DNA of 11,362 nucleotides from Candidatus Eiseniibacteriota bacterium (lineage in GTDB: Bacteria > ARS69). Positions within the stretch are counted from its first letter, which is position 1. Every line of letters begins with the position of its first letter. The stretch covers positions 1 through 11,362 of the forward strand of contig JBQTGV010000031.1 in assembly GCA_052390515.1 (NCBI GenBank), written 5' to 3'. Below the pieces are notes generated by a model. It saw nothing but the letters and a program-made list of their open reading frames with translations, did not search any database and had not been told where the DNA came from. Below are positions 8,381 through 11,362 of this stretch, in pieces. The translations under genes were made by a program, and so were the position numbers.

Positions 8381-8859
8381 TGGCGGAGCTCGGTCCGGGG
8401 GCGAAGGCTCCCGCGTTCCACCTGCCCGGGCTCGCCTGTCGGAGCGTCGCGGTTCCGGGGGCCGCGCCGCTCACCCTGCTCGCCTTCACCAAGGCGTCGT
8501 GCCCCACTTGCCGCTGGATGTTCCCGTTCGTGCAGGCACTGCACGAGCGGGCGAAGGGTCTCGCCGTCGTCGGCGTCGCGTCGGACCCGGTCGGCGAAGC
8601 GCGGGCCTTCGTCGAGGAGCTACGTCTCACCTTCCCCATCGGCGTCGAGAGCGCGCCGTGGCCCGTCTCCGCGGCGTACGGCCTCACCAGCGTACCTACG
8701 CTCTTCCTGATCGAGACGGGTACCGTCCGTCTCGCCTCGGTCGGCTTCTCCCGCAGCGACTTCCTGGAGATCGCGAGCGCGGCGGCGGCGGCGAGTCCCT
8801 TCCCGGCGGGTGCGGCTGTTCCGGCGTTCCGCCCGGGCTGAACGTCGCGCAACGCCTAG
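8380..8859 (+). CDS. TlpA/AhpC-TSA (redoxin) thioredoxin-fold protein, probable selenoprotein (Sec at TGA 8839-8841; ends at 8841 if TGA is a stop)
   Basis: ATG 8380 overlaps the upstream stop (TGATG). Motifs GAKAPAFHLP, LLAFTKASCPTC (CxxC 8500-8511) and YGLTSVPTLFLI. The tail reads FRPG-TGA-TSRNA-TAG with a SECIS-like hairpin. The gene itself is near certain; the extended end is inferred. Confidence 0.85.
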
Positions 8860-8878
8860 CCGTGCGCTAGGAGACCGT
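8842..8878 (+). promoter_or_regulatory. Candidate bacterial SECIS element
   Basis: Stem CCTAGC (8855-8860) / GCTAGG (8866-8871) encloses loop CGTGC, with G second and followed by T. The loop begins after a 19 nt spacer from the TGA. Possible lower stem ACGTC (8842-8846) / GA-C-CGT (8873-8878). Confidence 0.7.
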
Positions 8879-8989
8879 CCGCGCTCCCGGTGGATTCGGT
8901 CACGGGCTATCGGGTACGATGCGCGTCTGTCCCGCACCTCGACGTCCGCCTCGCCCGAGGAGGCGGCATGCATCCTGGAGCCTCCACCC

Positions 8990-10279
8990 ATGACATGCCT
9001 CCCGCACGTGTCCTGCGCCGCCGCGGTATGCCTCGCCTGGTTCCTCCCGACCGCGTCCGTGGCCGGCGGGAATTGCCAGGGAACGTCGACCGGGTCCGTC
9101 CCGCTGATCGATCTCGGGGCCGGCAAGTACCAGGGCTTCGAGGGTGGGCTCTATCCCGGCGGCTCGAACGTCCGGCCCTCCGCGCACGAGGCCGCCGGCC
9201 TGCTGCGGGCCGCCCAGGTCGTCCCCCGCGACGCCGCCGGCCGCCCCGACCCGAACGGCAAGATCGTGATCCTGACGATCGGGATGTCCAACACGTCGAT
9301 GGAAACCGACTGGTTCGCGTTCTTCAGCCACTCGGATGTGCAGCGGAACCCGGCCGTGCTGGTCGTCAACGGAGCGCACGGTGGCCTGAGCGCGCAGGGC
9401 ATCTTCCTTCGTGGGAAACTCCCGCTGTCGTTCATCGATTCGCAGATCGCGCTCGCCGGCGTCACCCCCGAGCAGGTCCAGGTCGTGTGGTACAAGCTCG
9501 CCGACGAGGCCCCCCAGCAGCCGTTCCCGCAGCACGCCCTCGCGCTGGAGGCCGAGAACATCTGGATCATGCAGGAACTCCGGCGGACCTATCCGAACCT
9601 CGAGCTCGCCTACGTGTCGACCCGCATCTACGGCGGCTACGCGACCGCGGACGCCAGCCCCGAGCCGATCGCGTACGAGACCGGCTTCGCGTACAAGTGG
9701 ATGATCGAGCAGCAGGTCCTCGGCGATCCGTCGCTCAACTACGATCCCGCGCGCGGCGCGGTGATGGCCCCGTGGCTCTCCTGGGGTCCGTACCTCTGGG
9801 CGGACGGACTCACGCCGCGCAGCGATGGGCTCACCTGGGACTGCTCTGACTTCCAAGACGACGGGATGCACCCGAGCTTCCTCGGCGCGGTGACGGTCGG
9901 CGGGCATCTGCATTCCTTCTTCCGGAAGGACGCGACCACCGTGCCCTGGTACGTCGGGGGTGCTCCGCTGCTGTCGACGTCGGCGCCGATCCCCCGCGTG
10001 TCGGCATGGAGCGCCGGCGCGCCGCGGCCGAATCCGTTCGGCGCGCGCCTGTCGATTCCGCTGTCTCTCTCCGAGGCGGCTCCGGTGACCGCGACGGTCT
10101 TCTCCCTCGCGGGGCGGCGGGTGCGCGTGCTCCGTGACGGGACGCTCGGGTCCGGGCTGCACGAGCTCGTCTGGGACGGTCGCGACGAGTCCGGCCGCCG
10201 CGTCGTCGCCGGCACGTACCTGGTGCGCATCGAAGGTGCGGGCGAAGCCCGAACGGTGAAGGCCACGCTGGTTCGCTGA
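8990..10279 (+). CDS. Secreted SGNH/GDSL-hydrolase-like protein with a C-terminal FlgD-Ig-like (T9SS-CTD-like) domain
   Basis: ATG 8990 has GGAG 9 nt upstream and begins a signal-peptide-like N-terminus (…CLAWFLPTASVA). Motifs IGMSN (9278-9292), NGAHGG and DGMHP (9860-9874). Tail PNPF…VFSLAGRRVRVL…WDGRDESGRRVVAGTYLVR. Confidence 0.85.
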   Translation: MTCLPHVSCAAAVCLAWFLPTASVAGGNCQGTSTGSVPLIDLGAGKYQGFEGGLYPGGSNVRPSAHEAAGLLRAAQVVPRDAAGRPDPNGKIVILTIGMSNTSMETDWFAFFSHSDVQRNPAVLVVNGAHGGLSAQGIFLRGKLPLSFIDSQIALAGVTPEQVQVVWYKLADEAPQQPFPQHALALEAENIWIMQELRRTYPNLELAYVSTRIYGGYATADASPEPIAYETGFAYKWMIEQQVLGDPSLNYDPARGAVMAPWLSWGPYLWADGLTPRSDGLTWDCSDFQDDGMHPSFLGAVTVGGHLHSFFRKDATTVPWYVGGAPLLSTSAPIPRVSAWSAGAPRPNPFGARLSIPLSLSEAAPVTATVFSLAGRRVRVLRDGTLGSGLHELVWDGRDESGRRVVAGTYLVRIEGAGEARTVKATLVR

Positions 10280-10288
10280 TGCCCGCCG

Positions 10289-10306
10289 TTCGGGACGGAA
10301 CACTAG
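10289..10306. repeat. Second copy (one arm) of the CTAGTGTTCCG repeat, overlapping the sulfotransferase stop codon
   Basis: TTCGGGACGGAACACTAG versus TTCGCGACGGAACACGAG (833-850) is 16/18 identical. Its last 11 nt are the exact reverse complement of 805-815. Confidence 0.65.
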
Positions 10307-11271
10307 GCCAGCGCGTCCATGGTGGCTTCCTCGGCGGCGAGCTGCAGCGGCCGCACACGGTAGTACCACGTTCCCGGCAGGCGCTTGACCGACCACCGCG
10401 CACGGTCGAGCGCCTCCGCCACCCGCGCCCGCGCGAGCAGCGTCGGCGTGGCCGTCCCGCAGCAGGGGACGTAGCCCAGCTCCTTCATCGTGTCCCGCGC
10501 CAGCCACTCCACGAGCGCCGCCTGCGAAGGGGAGAGCTCCCGCTTCCATCGCATCGCCCGGCTGGCGTCGATCGCCGTGCGCGCTCGTCCGAGCCACCAG
10601 CGGTTCGCATCCTTCTCGTCGCCGGCCTCGAGCATCGCCGCGGAGAATGGTACGCCGACGAAGTCGCACAGCTTCCCGAGCTCGACCTCCGGGTTCGCCA
10701 CCAAGTCCTCGAAGACGACGCGGAAGTAGTTGGGCCGCCCCTGGACGGCGAGGGCGCCGCGCTCGCACTCCACCCACTGACGCGTGTTCGCCAGCACGCT
10801 CTTGTCGCCCCAGGGCATGCGCAGGAGCGATGCGACGACGTCCCGCGGGTCGCGGACGAGATGGACCAGCGCGCAGTCGGGGAAGAGGTTGCACAGCACG
10901 TCGGCCCGGCGCGCGTGATCCGGGGTCTTCTCGCCGAACCGCGTGCGGCCGTGGGCGCGCGCGCAGAACCGCATGAGGGACTCGAAGAAGGCCTCGTAGC
11001 TCGTGCCCTCCTCCATGAGCGCTTCGGCGAGCTTCGCCAGGTCCACGTCCTGCTGGCGAACACGCTTGGTGGCGAGGTAGGCGTCGACGAGGCGCCGCCG
11101 GTTGCGCTCGTTCCGCAGGTCGCCGAGACGCTGCCTTCGCCCCCAGACGAAATGCAGGAAGTACGTCTCCTCGCAGAGCCAAAGGTCAGGGTGGCGGTTC
11201 AGCGTCTCGAGCAGCAGCGTCGTTCCGCTGCGAGGCGCACCGACGACGAAGACAGGACCGGAGCGTGACAT
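10303..11271 (-). CDS. PAPS-dependent sulfotransferase (Sulfotransfer_3-like family)
   Basis: 5'-PSB loop VFVVGAPRSGTTLL, then LNRHP, FGEKTP, the 3'-PB motif VHLVRDPRDVVAS, FEDLVANP..LGKLCDFVG and terminal ELGY. Confidence 0.95.
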   Translation of the reverse strand: MSRSGPVFVVGAPRSGTTLLLETLNRHPDLWLCEETYFLHFVWGRRQRLGDLRNERNRRRLVDAYLATKRVRQQDVDLAKLAEALMEEGTSYEAFFESLMRFCARAHGRTRFGEKTPDHARRADVLCNLFPDCALVHLVRDPRDVVASLLRMPWGDKSVLANTRQWVECERGALAVQGRPNYFRVVFEDLVANPEVELGKLCDFVGVPFSAAMLEAGDEKDANRWWLGRARTAIDASRAMRWKRELSPSQAALVEWLARDTMKELGYVPCCGTATPTLLARARVAEALDRARWSVKRLPGTWYYRVRPLQLAAEEATMDALA

Positions 11272-11362
11272 GACCGCCCTTCTACCAGCCCCGGTGATCC
11301 GCCGGCAAGCTCCGACGGGACTGGGTCGATTGCGAGGTCGAGGGCCCGGCCCGCGCGAGCCC

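Noticed and set aside
8891-8920. Possible promoter for the SGNH-like gene (TGGATT...TACGAT)
   Set aside because: The -10 box is plausible but the -35 match is weak, so it is not supportable as a feature.
8810-8989. N-terminal extension of the SGNH-like ORF
   Set aside because: It overlaps the redoxin end and the SECIS candidate. ATG 8990 has an SD and begins a signal-peptide-like sequence.
11272-11362. Possible 3' end of an upstream minus-strand gene
   Set aside because: The stretch is too short, several frames are open, and no motif identifies one.

Overview
GC-rich bacterial chromosomal window with no mobile-element genes. Gene order: 3' part of thiC; two tandem, apparently homologous lipoproteins; an MDR-family oxidoreductase; a TMTC-like (GT-C plus TPR) membrane protein; an EVE-domain protein (- strand); a TIGR03960-like radical SAM fused to a TIGR03936/DUF2344-like domain; a translationally coupled TlpA/redoxin-like CxxC protein; a secreted SGNH-like protein with a FlgD-Ig-like tail; and a convergent sulfotransferase (- strand). 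The SWGxxKALYR C-terminus and the FlgD-Ig tail suggest an FCB-group candidate lineage such as Eisenbacteria, Krumholzibacteriota or Latescibacterota (inference). The best candidate discovery is that the apparent TGA stop of the redoxin gene (8839-8841) is probably a selenocysteine codon, giving FRPG-U-TSRNA-stop. It is followed by a hairpin with bacterial SECIS geometry, which would make this a hidden selenoprotein coupled to the radical SAM gene. Other signals are a CTAG-ended dispersed repeat overlapping two TAG stop codons, a Shine-Dalgarno-sequestering hairpin and a probable leaderless transcript. All family assignments come from motif recognition; no searches were run.
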